Part shown: piece after piece, positions 8,873 to 19,803 of the stretch | How the letters are laid out: each line of letters opens with the position of its first letter | Position numbering within the stretch: position 1 is the first letter of the stretch | Assembly: GCA_017528045.1 (NCBI GenBank) | Contig: JAFXPG010000002.1 | Coordinates: 1,516 to 65,515 of the forward strand | Length of the DNA: 64,000 nt | Direction: 5' to 3' | Origin: Alphaproteobacteria bacterium | Lineage (GTDB): Bacteria > Pseudomonadota > Alphaproteobacteria > Rs-D84 | Made by a program: the position numbers and the translations under genes | Notes under the pieces: model-generated | Databases searched by the model: none | Seen by the model: only the letters and a program-made list of their open reading frames with translations | What the model was told of the DNA's origin: nothing

Positions 8873-9952
8873 ATGGGATTTAATTGTGGGATAGTTGGTT
8901 TACCAAACGTTGGTAAATCTACATTATTTAATGCTTTAACACAAAGTGCAGCCGCTGATGCTCAAAATTATCCGTTTTGTACTATTGAACCAAATACAGG
9001 ACGTGTAGTTGTTCCTGATTCAACTTTACATAATTTAGCTAAAGTTGCTGGGGCTGAAAAAATTATACCAACACAACTTGAAATAGTAGATATTGCTGGA
9101 TTAGTAAAAGGTGCTTCTGCTGGTGAAGGACTTGGAAATAAATTTTTATCTAATATTTTAGAAACAGATGCAATTATTCATGTTGTAAGATGTTTTGAAA
9201 ATGATGATATTGTTCATGTTAACGGAAAAATTGATCCTTTAGCTGATATAGAAACCATAGAAACAGAATTAATGTTAGCTGATATAGAAAGTTTAGATAA
9301 TCAGATTAAAAAATTAGAAAAAAAAGTTCATGGCCAAGATAAAAATGCAGCAAAATTATTATCTGATGCAACAGCTATTAAAACAGGATTGGAAAATTCT
9401 GTTCCGGCACGTGAACAAGATATTGATTCTAAACCTTTTAATTTATTAACCAGTAAACCTGTAATTTATGTATGTAATGTTGAAGAATCTGCTGCAAGTA
9501 AAGGAAATAAATATTCTGATGCAGTTCGTGAAAAATTTTCTGATAAATCACCTGTTTTAATTATTTCCAGTAAAATTGAAATGGAAATTGCTCAAATTGT
9601 TGATATTGAAGAAAGAAAAATGTTTTTAGATGAATTAGGTTTAAAAGAATCTGGTTTAGATCAAGTTATACATACAGGTTATAATACACTGGGACTTCAA
9701 ACTTTTTATACAGTTGGACCAAAAGAAGCACATGCTTGGACTATTACAAAAGGTATGACTGCTCCACAGGCTGCTGGTAAAATACACAGTGATTTTGAAC
9801 GTGGTTTTATACGTGCAGAAATAATATCACCAAGTGATTATTTACAATATGGTGGTGAAGTTGCTGTTAAAGAAGCCGGTAAAATGCGTTTAGTTGGAAA
9901 AGAATATATTATGCAAGAAGGTGATATATGTCATTTCTTGTTTAATGTATAA
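8873..9952 (+). CDS. ychF: Ribosome-binding ATPase YchF (Obg-family GTPase)
   Basis: G1 motif GIVGLPNVGKSTLFNALT, a TGS domain and a YchF-type C-terminus are present. Confidence 0.9.
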   Translation: MGFNCGIVGLPNVGKSTLFNALTQSAAADAQNYPFCTIEPNTGRVVVPDSTLHNLAKVAGAEKIIPTQLEIVDIAGLVKGASAGEGLGNKFLSNILETDAIIHVVRCFENDDIVHVNGKIDPLADIETIETELMLADIESLDNQIKKLEKKVHGQDKNAAKLLSDATAIKTGLENSVPAREQDIDSKPFNLLTSKPVIYVCNVEESAASKGNKYSDAVREKFSDKSPVLIISSKIEMEIAQIVDIEERKMFLDELGLKESGLDQVIHTGYNTLGLQTFYTVGPKEAHAWTITKGMTAPQAAGKIHSDFERGFIRAEIISPSDYLQYGGEVAVKEAGKMRLVGKEYIMQEGDICHFLFNV

Positions 9953-9967
9953 TAAAAAATAAAATTT

Positions 9968-10018
9968 TAAAACACCGGCTTTTTTGAATATTATTATCAA
10001 AAATACCGGTGTTTTTTT
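9968..10018. terminator. Palindromic terminator element (variant with 25-nt loop) between convergent ychF and dnaG
   Basis: Arms AAAACACCGGC and ACCGGTGTTTTTTT are the same as in the repeated CACCGGCAAATGCCGGTG element family. Confidence 0.6.
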
Positions 10019-11642
10019 ATTTATTATTCATATCTAATAATGTTTCAAGTTTATCGTGAGCTTCTTTTAATTTATCTTCTATTTCTTGCAAGACAGATGG
10101 GTCAGAAATATTATTTTCCAGTGCTTTTTTTAATATTTCTTGTTTTTCTGATTGTAAAGATTTTATATATCTTTGTAATTTAAAAGAAACTATATATTTT
10201 TCTGCATCTATCAAAGATAAATTAGTATCTTGAACATTATCATCAAAAGATATATTTAAAGAAGATAAAAATTCTAAATATTTTTCAGAAAGTTCAGGAT
10301 ATTTTTGAACAATAGATTTTATAACATTTAAAGTCATTGAATCTATATCAGGTAATTCAATATTTGGTGTATATTTTTGTTGTTTCCATTTATGCCATTG
10401 ATTAAATTTTCTTTGATTATATTCTTGTTCAATTTCATTTTGAAATATTTTATCAGTAATTTTTGAAGTACAATCTTTTAAAAATTTTTCAGCCTGGGCA
10501 CGACCACCTGGTGTATTTATTAAATAATTTTTATTTACATTATCCCATAAAAAATCAATCAAAGGTGTTGCAGAATCTATTATTTTATGCATAGCAGATT
10601 CGCCAGAATTTTTTAATATTTCATCTGGATCTTTACCGCCAGTAACAAATGCAAATTTTATTTCACTGTTATCACGTAAAAATGGTAAAACCAACAGACA
10701 GGCACGCATAGCAGCTTTTTGTCCGGCGTTATCACCATCAAAACAAAAAGTTATATTTCTGTTAGATTTACATAAAATAGCAATATGATCTTCTGTTAAA
10801 GCTGTTCCAAGTGGTGCAACTGTTTCACCAAATCCATGATTTTGCATTTGTATTGCATCAATTTGACCTTCAACTATTATACTGCGATTTTGTTTATGAA
10901 TAAATTCACGTGCAAAGTTAAAACCAAATATAGTTTGTCTTTTGTGAAATAATTCAGTATCAGGTGTATTTATATATTTTGGTTCAGAACCGTCTAATGA
11001 ACGTCCAGAAAAAGCAACAATTTGATTATGTGCATTAAATATAGGAAACATCAATTTATCACGGAAAAAATCATATGGACCATATTCACCAATACGAACA
11101 AGACCTGTAGATGTTAATTTATTAATATTTATATTTGAAAATTTAGATGAAATAATATTATTTTTTGGTGCATAACCAATACAATATTTTTTTATCATTT
11201 CATCAGAAAATCCGCGTTTTTTTATATATTCCAGAGCATGCTTTCCAATATCTTGATATAATAAATCTTGATAAATTTTTGATGCAGATTCTGTTATTTT
11301 TACATAATTTTCTTCTGCTTCTAATTGTTGTTTAGATTTTTGTTTTATTTCTGGTAATTTCATACCAGCCATGTCTGCTAATTCTTTTATAGCATTTTTA
11401 AAATCTAAATTTTCAGATTTCATAACAAAAGAAATAATATCACCATGTTCACCACAACCAAAACAATGATAAAAACCTTTTTCTTCACTTACTGAAAAAG
11501 AAGGTGTTTTTTCATTATGAAAAGGACAACATCCCCAATAATTTTGACCTTTTTTGGTAAGAGGTACACGACGAGAAATAACATCAACCAAAGATAATCT
11601 TTGTCTTAATTCATCAGTAAAAGAATTATCATATTTAGCCAA
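10017..11642 (-). CDS. dnaG: DNA primase DnaG
   Basis: Zinc ribbon CCPFHNEKTPSFSV...YHCFGCGEHGD and TOPRIM EGQIDAIQM...CFDGDNAGQKAA are present. Confidence 0.9.
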   Translation of the reverse strand: MAKYDNSFTDELRQRLSLVDVISRRVPLTKKGQNYWGCCPFHNEKTPSFSVSEEKGFYHCFGCGEHGDIISFVMKSENLDFKNAIKELADMAGMKLPEIKQKSKQQLEAEENYVKITESASKIYQDLLYQDIGKHALEYIKKRGFSDEMIKKYCIGYAPKNNIISSKFSNININKLTSTGLVRIGEYGPYDFFRDKLMFPIFNAHNQIVAFSGRSLDGSEPKYINTPDTELFHKRQTIFGFNFAREFIHKQNRSIIVEGQIDAIQMQNHGFGETVAPLGTALTEDHIAILCKSNRNITFCFDGDNAGQKAAMRACLLVLPFLRDNSEIKFAFVTGGKDPDEILKNSGESAMHKIIDSATPLIDFLWDNVNKNYLINTPGGRAQAEKFLKDCTSKITDKIFQNEIEQEYNQRKFNQWHKWKQQKYTPNIELPDIDSMTLNVIKSIVQKYPELSEKYLEFLSSLNISFDDNVQDTNLSLIDAEKYIVSFKLQRYIKSLQSEKQEILKKALENNISDPSVLQEIEDKLKEAHDKLETLLDMNNK

Positions 11643-13874
11643 TTATTTAGAACCTTTTTTTAAAGTTTTTTTATTATTTATTAAATCAATAGCTTCTTGT
11701 AAACTTGGTTGTTCTTTTACAGATACATTAACGCGATTTGATGATAAATATGGACCATATCTACCGTCAGGATAATAGTAAATTGGTTTATCTGTATCAG
11801 GATTTTTACCAAGTATAATTGGTTCTGTTTTCTTTTTATCTGTATTTAATAAATCTTTGGCTATTTCCAGAGTTATATTTTCAACAGTATAATTTTTTGC
11901 AGGTACATTTTTTTTACCATCTGTGATATAAGGACCATATTTTCCAATACGAAATACTATATTTTCGCCTAAATCTTTTGATTGATTTGAATCTGTTTTT
12001 ATTTCTTTTTCTTCTGTAATATCATCTGATAATTTCATTGTATAATTACATGTTGGATAATTACCGCATCCAACAAAAGCACCAAATTTAGATAATTTTA
12101 AACCAAGTTTAGAACCACATTTTGGACACTTATCTTCTGTTTCTTTAAATAAATGATTATGCATAAAATCGTTAATATTATCTATGATATCAGATGTTTT
12201 TACATCTTTTGCAGATTCTATAAATTTTTCTGTTGGATTCCAGAAAGATTCCAAAGATGATAATTTGTCTTTTATTCCATTTGAAACATCGTCTAAAGTA
12301 TCTTCTGTTTTAGCAGTAAAATTAACATTAACTAATTCAGAAAAATATTTTGATAAATAAGAAATTAAAACCCATCCAGAAACAGTTGGATGAAAACGAT
12401 GTTGTTTATCTTGTTCAACATATTTTCTGTCTACGATTGTAGACATTATTGTTGCATAAGTAGATGGACGACCAATACCAAGTTCTTCTAGTTTTTTAAC
12501 TAAAGATGCTTCTGTGAATCTGGCAGGTGGTTGTGTAAAATGTTGTTCTGTTTTTAATGATTTTATATCTATTTTATCATTTATATTTAAAGAAGGTAAT
12601 TTTACATCATCACTTTCTTTTTCATCATCATTATCTTCAATATAAACAGCCATAAACCCATCAAAAGTACGTGTCGTTCCAACACAATGAAAAACAGATT
12701 TATTAACATCTATATCTACAGATACAGAATCAAATTCTGCATTACACATTTGGCAAGCGATAGTTCTTTTCCATATTAAATTATATAATTTTAATTCATC
12801 GCCAGTTAATTTTACATCTGTATTTAAAAAATGTGTTGGACGAATTGCTTCGTGTGCTTCTTGTGCATTTTTAGATTTTGTAACATATATATTTGGTTGT
12901 TTTGGAACAAAATTATTTCCATATTCTTTACCAATGTATTCACGAATTTCAGATACAGCTTCCATTGATAAATTTGTAGCATCTGTTCGCATATATGTAA
13001 TAAAACCTTGTTCATATAATTTTTGTGCTGTCGCCATTGTGCGTTTAGAAGAAAAATGTAATTTACGAGCAGCTTCTTGTTGTAAAGTTGATGTTGTAAA
13101 AGGTGCAGATGCATGACGTTGTATTTTCTTTTTTTCAATATTAGATACAATTCCAAATGTTGGTGTTTTTATATCAGATATAATTTCATCAACCATAGAT
13201 TTATTTTCTATGGTCATTTTATCTATTTTTTTACCGTTAAATTTAACAAGATTTGCTGAAAAATCGGTTTTGTTGAAAAAACAATCAGCAGCTATACTCC
13301 AATATTCAACAGGTTTAAAAGATTCTATTTCTTTTTCTCTGTCTACTACTAATTTTACAGCAACACTTTGAACACGTCCTGCTGATTTACCTAAATTTCT
13401 TTTCCATAACAAAGGCGAAATATTAAAACCTATTAAATAATCTAATATTCTGCGAACAAGATAAGCATCAACCAAATTATTATCTATTTCACGTGGATTT
13501 TTTAAGGCTTGCAATATAGCATTTTTAGTTATTTCATGAAAAGCAACACGATATACAGGTTTTCCTTTTAATACATCTCTGCTTGTTAAAATATCATTAA
13601 TATGCCATGCAATGGCTTCTCCTTCACGATCAGGATCGGATGCCAGATATACAGCATCAGCTTTCTTTAATTCATCAATTATTAATTTTAATTGTTTTTC
13701 TTTACCAGGCATAATTTGCCATTTTGGTGCAAATTTATTTTTTATATCTACACTGCCTGATTCTGGAACTAAATCACGAACATGTCCGACCGATGCTATG
13801 ACACGCCAACCATTACCAAGGTATTTTTCAATAGTTTTTGCTTTTGATGGAGATTCTACGATTAATAAGTTCAT
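11643..13874 (-). CDS. topA: DNA topoisomerase I
   Basis: N-terminus LLIVESPSKAKTIEKYLG (TOPRIM) is present, with an active-site Tyr region and C-terminal zinc ribbons CPKCGSKL...CGNYPTC. It directly abuts dnaG. Confidence 0.9.
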   Translation of the reverse strand: MNLLIVESPSKAKTIEKYLGNGWRVIASVGHVRDLVPESGSVDIKNKFAPKWQIMPGKEKQLKLIIDELKKADAVYLASDPDREGEAIAWHINDILTSRDVLKGKPVYRVAFHEITKNAILQALKNPREIDNNLVDAYLVRRILDYLIGFNISPLLWKRNLGKSAGRVQSVAVKLVVDREKEIESFKPVEYWSIAADCFFNKTDFSANLVKFNGKKIDKMTIENKSMVDEIISDIKTPTFGIVSNIEKKKIQRHASAPFTTSTLQQEAARKLHFSSKRTMATAQKLYEQGFITYMRTDATNLSMEAVSEIREYIGKEYGNNFVPKQPNIYVTKSKNAQEAHEAIRPTHFLNTDVKLTGDELKLYNLIWKRTIACQMCNAEFDSVSVDIDVNKSVFHCVGTTRTFDGFMAVYIEDNDDEKESDDVKLPSLNINDKIDIKSLKTEQHFTQPPARFTEASLVKKLEELGIGRPSTYATIMSTIVDRKYVEQDKQHRFHPTVSGWVLISYLSKYFSELVNVNFTAKTEDTLDDVSNGIKDKLSSLESFWNPTEKFIESAKDVKTSDIIDNINDFMHNHLFKETEDKCPKCGSKLGLKLSKFGAFVGCGNYPTCNYTMKLSDDITEEKEIKTDSNQSKDLGENIVFRIGKYGPYITDGKKNVPAKNYTVENITLEIAKDLLNTDKKKTEPIILGKNPDTDKPIYYYPDGRYGPYLSSNRVNVSVKEQPSLQEAIDLINNKKTLKKGSK

Positions 13875-13877
13875 TTT

Positions 13878-15023
13878 TTAAAACCCTTTAGATGATAATT
13901 GTTGGTCTTTGTTGATGTGTGCATTTTGACATAAACCAAATCCAAAAAGCAAAGATATCAAACTGCTGCCACCAAAAGACATTAATGGTAATGGAACACC
14001 AACGGTTGGCATTAATCCCAAAACCATAGATATATTTATAAAGTAATAAATGAAAAAGTTCAACATAAAACCAAAACATATTAATTGACCAAATCTATTT
14101 CGACATGTTTTAGCAGACCAAAATAACATTATTACTATGAATGTATATATAATTAATAATGTAAAAGCACCGATAAAACCGAATTCTTCACCAAACATAG
14201 TGAATATAAAATCTGTTTGTTTTTCAGGTAAAAATGATTGTTGAGATTGTGTTCCAGAAATATAACCTTTGCCAACTATACCACCTGAACCAAAAGCTAT
14301 TTTTGCTTGATTAATTTGATATCCAGCTCCGCGTGGGTCTAGATCAGGATTTAAAAATGTAATAATTCTGTTTCTTTGGTAATCATGCATTCCGCCATAC
14401 CAAACAACAGGAGATGCTATTAATCCCAGTATAATAGCAATAATAAACCATTTTTTATTTGCACCAACTATATAAAACATGCCAACGGAAATTAAAAGTA
14501 ATGATATTCCAGTACCAAGGTCTGGTTGTGCACATATTAGACCAAAAGGTATTAATAACATTAATACAGGAATAAAATAATTTTTAAATTGTGATAATTC
14601 TATACTATTTTGCCATGCAAAATAACGAGCTAAAGACAAAACCAGTGCTATTTTTATAAATTCAGATGGTTGAATATTTATAAAACCTAAAGATAACCAT
14701 CTTTGTGCACCCATACCTACATCACCAAAAAAAGTCACCATTATTATCAAAATAAGTGCGATTGCATAAATAAAATAAGCAGATTTTATCCATGTTTTTA
14801 TATTTGAAAAAGATACTGTAAAAAATATTAATAAACCAAATAAAATTTTCATTAATTGCGACATAGCAAAAGGATACCAAGATCCACCACCAGCAGAAAA
14901 TAAAACAACAACAGATAAAATTAAAACAATTCCCATAGGAATAAAAAGTGACCAAGAAAAACGTTCCAGTTTTTCACCAAATGTCATCATATTTGCATTT
15001 GAAACACGTGTAGTCACTGACAT
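13878..15023 (-). CDS. mrdB: Peptidoglycan glycosyltransferase RodA (SEDS family)
   Basis: Polytopic membrane protein of the FtsW/RodA family, located immediately downstream of the PBP2 gene. Confidence 0.8.
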   Translation of the reverse strand: MSVTTRVSNANMMTFGEKLERFSWSLFIPMGIVLILSVVVLFSAGGGSWYPFAMSQLMKILFGLLIFFTVSFSNIKTWIKSAYFIYAIALILIIMVTFFGDVGMGAQRWLSLGFINIQPSEFIKIALVLSLARYFAWQNSIELSQFKNYFIPVLMLLIPFGLICAQPDLGTGISLLLISVGMFYIVGANKKWFIIAIILGLIASPVVWYGGMHDYQRNRIITFLNPDLDPRGAGYQINQAKIAFGSGGIVGKGYISGTQSQQSFLPEKQTDFIFTMFGEEFGFIGAFTLLIIYTFIVIMLFWSAKTCRNRFGQLICFGFMLNFFIYYFINISMVLGLMPTVGVPLPLMSFGGSSLISLLFGFGLCQNAHINKDQQLSSKGF

Positions 15024-16789
15024 TATTGTAATAATTCCTTCATAATTTTAGCGGTTGCTCGTGCTGCTGGAGACGAAGAACCAGCATGTTCCATTATCAC
15101 ACACACAGCATATTTTGGGTTATCTGTTGGTGCATATCCAACAAATAATCCATGGTTTCTTAAATTCCATTTTAATTGTTCGTTTGTTAAAACACCACTT
15201 AAACGTTCTGATTTAGAAATATTACGAACTTGTGATGTTCCAGTTTTTCCACCCATTTTTTTACCGTTTATATTAATAGCACTGCCTGATGCTGTACCAC
15301 CTTTTTGGGTAACTTGTTCTAAACCATTTAATACATATTTTAAATTTTTTTCTTGGATACCAAGTTTTTTAAACGAATTTTTTTTGTCAGAATATATTAA
15401 ACGTGGAACAACGTTTTTATTAGATGCTACGCGTGCCATCATAACAGCTAGTTGTAAACAATTTGTAAGTATAAAACCCTGACCTATACCAGAAATAATA
15501 GTGTCACCATGAACCCAAGAAGCACCAACATTTTTTTCTTTCCAATATCTGTCAGGCATAATACCAGGCATTTCATGTGCTAATACATCCTGCATATACT
15601 TTTGATTTAAACCTAATTTCAACGCCATATTTTTTATAGCATCTATGCCTATACGTAAAGCAATTTGATAAAAATATGTATCACAAGAATGTTTTAAAGC
15701 ACCAGCTAAATCAACCCAACCATGACCATCTTTTTCCCAACAATGGTACTTGTGATTTCCGTATTTCCAATATCCCGGACAAAATATTTTTTCATTTGGC
15801 GTTATAGCGCCACTTTCCAAAGCAGCCAAAGCTACAACAATTTTAAATGTAGAACCAGGCGGATATAAACCTTCGATAGTTTTGTTCATAAAAGGTTTAG
15901 CGACATCTGATAATAAAGAAGATATGTATTCTTCACCATCGTCTGTTCTAAAATTGTTTGGATCAAAACTTGGTGTTGAAGCCATTGCAAGTATATCACC
16001 ATTTTCTATATCTAAAACCACACCACAACCTGCTCTATTCATAGCTAAAGAATCATACAAGACTTTTTGAATATTATCTTTTATTGTGGTTTTTATATCT
16101 GTTCCAGGTATAGGTGGTATAAATTGAGTTTTATCTTCACCTGTAACACGTCCTGATGCATTTGTTATATGAACGGTTTTACCAAATTTTCCAGATAGTT
16201 CTTTATTATATCTTTTTTCAAGACCATTAATACCGGTTGTAAAAAAAGGTGTGTTTGGCATATTTTTATTTGTTGCACCAACATATCCAAAAATTTGAGC
16301 ACCAGCAGGACCAAGTTCATATACTCGTGAAAAACCAGTATCTATATGAATTCCAGAAATATTTTTAGCTGATAATTTAGCAAGTGTGTTCCAATTTGAA
16401 TTTTCACTTATTAATACAGGTTGAAAAGCTTGCTGTTTTTTTATTGTTTTCCAAATACGTTTTACAGTTTTATCACGCAATTTTAATTCTTTTGTAACAA
16501 TATCAACAACGGAATTAATATCTTCTGTTTCTTCTGGGATTAAATATATTCTGTATATTGATGTATCTTTGGAAATAATATTTCCATCTTGTGATAATAT
16601 ATTTCCACGTTTAGGCATTGTTATTTTAATACGGAAAGAATTATGTTCACTTTTTTTTGAATAATTTTTGTATTCAAAAATCTGCATTTGTAACATTCTT
16701 ATAATCAAAACAGAAGTCAAGATTGCACCTGTACCTAAAAATAAGGCACTGCGTCTGTCAAATGTACGTGCTACTTCTGTATCTATCAT
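15023..16789 (-). CDS. mrdA: Penicillin-binding protein 2 (peptidoglycan D,D-transpeptidase MrdA)
   Basis: SxxK motif GSTFK, a KTGT motif and an N-terminal membrane anchor are present, in the mreCD-mrdA-rodA context. Confidence 0.9.
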   Translation of the reverse strand: MIDTEVARTFDRRSALFLGTGAILTSVLIIRMLQMQIFEYKNYSKKSEHNSFRIKITMPKRGNILSQDGNIISKDTSIYRIYLIPEETEDINSVVDIVTKELKLRDKTVKRIWKTIKKQQAFQPVLISENSNWNTLAKLSAKNISGIHIDTGFSRVYELGPAGAQIFGYVGATNKNMPNTPFFTTGINGLEKRYNKELSGKFGKTVHITNASGRVTGEDKTQFIPPIPGTDIKTTIKDNIQKVLYDSLAMNRAGCGVVLDIENGDILAMASTPSFDPNNFRTDDGEEYISSLLSDVAKPFMNKTIEGLYPPGSTFKIVVALAALESGAITPNEKIFCPGYWKYGNHKYHCWEKDGHGWVDLAGALKHSCDTYFYQIALRIGIDAIKNMALKLGLNQKYMQDVLAHEMPGIMPDRYWKEKNVGASWVHGDTIISGIGQGFILTNCLQLAVMMARVASNKNVVPRLIYSDKKNSFKKLGIQEKNLKYVLNGLEQVTQKGGTASGSAININGKKMGGKTGTSQVRNISKSERLSGVLTNEQLKWNLRNHGLFVGYAPTDNPKYAVCVIMEHAGSSSPAARATAKIMKELLQ

Positions 16790-17235
16790 TTTTTTTCTAT
16801 TTTATCCAAATTAGTTATCGGTATATATAAGACACTTAACCATATAAATAACCATAAATTATTTATAAAATTTTTCCACGTAAAATTAGAAAGAGTTAAT
16901 AAAAAAATACCAATTCCAATGAATATCATAAAAATATATAATGCTTTATTGTCCAAATGTGTTAAATCTGTATAATTTTGAAACCCGTTTATTGCATAAA
17001 ATAAACAATATAAAGTTGTCCAAAATAAAGGTAGATTGCATCTGTAATCTATAAGAAAACAAAAAATTAATCCAAATATAGAAAAATATTTTACTGGTTT
17101 TACAAAAGTGTAATAAAAAATTGGTATCAAAGCCAATATTCCAGCTGGATTCCAGAAAAAAACAGACAATCGCCATAAAAACAAGGTGATTAAAAAAGGA
17201 AAACAATATTTTAAAATATAAACAATATTATTCAT
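16786..17235 (-). CDS. mreD: Rod shape-determining protein MreD
   Basis: Small polytopic membrane protein between mreC and mrdA, with 4-nt overlaps on both sides. Confidence 0.6.
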   Translation of the reverse strand: MNNIVYILKYCFPFLITLFLWRLSVFFWNPAGILALIPIFYYTFVKPVKYFSIFGLIFCFLIDYRCNLPLFWTTLYCLFYAINGFQNYTDLTHLDNKALYIFMIFIGIGIFLLTLSNFTWKNFINNLWLFIWLSVLYIPITNLDKIEKK

Positions 17236-18092
17236 TACTTATATGAACCTTGATTATCATATTTTAATACCATTACACGTGATATTTTGTTTGGTGTTAA
17301 AACTTTTACATTTTTATCGTCTTTCATATCTCCTATGTATATTCCTGCCGGTAAAATACCACTTATATTACTGGTTACAAGTTTTAAACCTTGACGTGCA
17401 ACAAATTGTGTATCACTGAAAAATACAATAAAAGCATCGCTTTTACCATTTCCTTGTAAAAATCCAGAAATATCAGTCCCAGAAATTCTTATTGCTATAT
17501 TTGTATCAGAATCTGTTAATGCACGAACACGACAAAATTCAGAACCACAATCTGAAATTGTTCCAACAAGTCTGTTATCAAAAGATACAACAACCAAACC
17601 TTTTTCCAATCCGTCTTTTTTACCGCGATTAATCAAAAATGTTGTATGATGAAAAGCAGAATCATCAAATTGAATATCTGCTATTACTGTTTTATAAGGT
17701 GTTGCACGTTTTATATCTATTTCTTGTTCTAATTTTTGATTTTCAACTATTGCAATATCACAATAATGTTTATTTGCCAAAGCAGCATCTAACTTTTCAC
17801 GTAATTTTTTATTTTCCTTACGCAAATTTGATGTTTCTTTGATCCAATCTATACTGTCGCCAACGGCATGAATTGGCCATGTAATAACAGAACCAATTCC
17901 ATGTGCCACAGGTAAAACAACATGTGCCAGCCCGTTCATAATAGTATAATCTGGTTTTGCAATCATAATATATATGATAAATACAGGAACAGCAACCGCT
18001 GCTAATGCGGATTTTATAATTTTACCTAATTTATAAGACAGAGAATCTTTGGTCATGGTTGATACTTTAAACGCAAAAATATGAATATTCAA
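17235..18092 (-). CDS. mreC: Rod shape-determining protein MreC
   Basis: N-terminal TM segment, coiled coil NKKLREKLDAALANK and beta-rich periplasmic domains are present, upstream of mreD. Confidence 0.75.
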   Translation of the reverse strand: MNIHIFAFKVSTMTKDSLSYKLGKIIKSALAAVAVPVFIIYIMIAKPDYTIMNGLAHVVLPVAHGIGSVITWPIHAVGDSIDWIKETSNLRKENKKLREKLDAALANKHYCDIAIVENQKLEQEIDIKRATPYKTVIADIQFDDSAFHHTTFLINRGKKDGLEKGLVVVSFDNRLVGTISDCGSEFCRVRALTDSDTNIAIRISGTDISGFLQGNGKSDAFIVFFSDTQFVARQGLKLVTSNISGILPAGIYIGDMKDDKNVKVLTPNKISRVMVLKYDNQGSYK

Positions 18093-18183
18093 TAAAAACT
18101 TGATTTTTCTTTTTATTATGTCAAAATATCATCAACCGAAATGGCAAGGCATTGCCACGAGGGTAAAATAAAAGGATATAAAA

Positions 18184-18387
18184 ATGCCAAAAATGAAAAC
18201 AAAATCTTATTTAAAAAAGCGTGCGTCTATGACTGCAACTGGTAAAATCCGTGTTGCAAGAAATGCTCACCATAAATGTCTGTTGCATAAATCCAAACGT
18301 GCTAATAACGCAGGATCTAAACCACAGTATTTGAACGATAACATGATGGGTCAGGCTAAAATCTTGGCTCCATATGGTTTGAAATAA
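18184..18387 (+). CDS. rpmI: 50S ribosomal protein L35
   Basis: MPKMKTKSYLKKR...TGKIRVARNAHHK matches L35. Confidence 0.85.
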   Translation: MPKMKTKSYLKKRASMTATGKIRVARNAHHKCLLHKSKRANNAGSKPQYLNDNMMGQAKILAPYGLK

Positions 18388-18401
18388 AAGGGGGCTAAGT
18401 C

Positions 18402-18770
18402 ATGGCAAGAGTAAAACGCGGAACAACCGTAAAACAAAAACATAACAAGATACTTGAACGTGCCAAAGGTTATTTGGGACGTCATCATTCTACATATCGT
18501 GCTGCTCGTGAAAAAACTGAAAAAGCTGGACAATATGCATATCGCGATCGTCGTCAAAAGAAACGTGATTTTCGTTCTTTGTGGATTGTTCGTATTAATG
18601 CAGCTGTTCGTAGCAATGGTTTAACATACAGCCAGTTCATGAATGGTTTAAAGAAAGCAGGTATTACTTTGGATCGTAAAGTTTTGGCCCAAATGGCATA
18701 CGATGCTGATAAGAACTTTGACACATTGATTGAAACTGCAAAACGATTTATTTCTGCTTCAAGTAAATAA
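18402..18770 (+). CDS. rplT: 50S ribosomal protein L20
   Basis: [24 protein letters not shown]...[21 protein letters not shown] matches the canonical L20. Confidence 0.95.
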   Translation: MARVKRGTTVKQKHNKILERAKGYLGRHHSTYRAAREKTEKAGQYAYRDRRQKKRDFRSLWIVRINAAVRSNGLTYSQFMNGLKKAGITLDRKVLAQMAYDADKNFDTLIETAKRFISASSK

Positions 18771-18803
18771 TGCTTGGCGGCAGGGTTTTGTTTTGTCATA
18801 ATA

Positions 18804-18830
18804 AGGCCGTGCAAACGGTCTTATTTTTAT
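18804..18830 (+). terminator. Hairpin with GNRA loop (AGGCCGT-GCAA-ACGGTCT) plus U-run between rplT and pheS; possible terminator or attenuator
   Basis: A 7-bp stem with one G-U pair is followed by TATTTTTAT. Confidence 0.4.
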
Positions 18831-18832
18831 AA

Positions 18833-19789
18833 ATGGGGACAGATATGAAAGACGAAGTAAAAAATATAAAAACTTTGGAAGAATTGCAGAATTTATATAC
18901 TTCTGTATTTGGTAAAAATGGTACAATGACAGCCAAATTAAAAACTATGGCAACTTTATCTAATGAAGAACGTGCTGTAGTAAATGCTGAAAATACAGAA
19001 TTACGTCAATTATTTAAAGAAAAGCAGACAGAATTAGAAACTGCTACTTTGAATGCTAAATTAGCAACAGAATACATTGATGTCAGTTTGGATTGTGAAC
19101 CTGAAAATCGTGGAACAATTCATCCTTTGACACAAGCTATGAAAGAAATATCTGCAATTTTGGAATCTTTTGGATATTCTTTGTGGACAGGTCCAGAAAT
19201 CGAAGACGATTGGCATAATTTTACAGCACTTAATACCCCGGAATATCACCCTGCTCGTGATATGCAAGACAGTTTCTTTTTGGAAAATGGCAATGTTTTA
19301 AGAACACAAACATCTTCTATACAAATTCGTGCTATGGAAAAAAATGGTGTTCCTATTAAAATGTTTGGTATAGGTTCTACTTATCGTAAAGAAATGGATG
19401 CAACTCATGCACCAATGTTCCATCAAATAGAAGGTTTATATATAGATAAAAATGTGACATTGTCTGATTTAATAGGTACTTTACGTGCATTATTATCAAA
19501 ATTCTTTGAACGTGATATTGAAATACGTATTCGTCCATCTTATTTTCCTTTCACAGAACCATCTGTTGAATTTGATATGAAATGGGAAAATGGAAAATGG
19601 TTAGAAATGGGTGGCGCAGGAATGGTTCATCCTAATGTTTTGAAAAACTGTAATATTGACCCGAATGAATATCAAGGTTTTGCTTTTGGTTTTGGTTGGG
19701 ACAGAATGGCAATGTTGAAATATGGACTTAATGATCTTCGTAAGTTCTATGATGGCGATATCAGATGGTTAAAAAACAGTGGTTTTTAA
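18833..19789 (+). CDS. pheS: Phenylalanine--tRNA ligase alpha subunit
   Basis: Class II aaRS motifs (FPFTEPSVEFD, GFAFGFGWDRMAML) are present. Confidence 0.9.
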   Translation: MGTDMKDEVKNIKTLEELQNLYTSVFGKNGTMTAKLKTMATLSNEERAVVNAENTELRQLFKEKQTELETATLNAKLATEYIDVSLDCEPENRGTIHPLTQAMKEISAILESFGYSLWTGPEIEDDWHNFTALNTPEYHPARDMQDSFFLENGNVLRTQTSSIQIRAMEKNGVPIKMFGIGSTYRKEMDATHAPMFHQIEGLYIDKNVTLSDLIGTLRALLSKFFERDIEIRIRPSYFPFTEPSVEFDMKWENGKWLEMGGAGMVHPNVLKNCNIDPNEYQGFAFGFGWDRMAMLKYGLNDLRKFYDGDIRWLKNSGF

Positions 19790-19803
19790 TAAAGGGGTAA
19801 AAA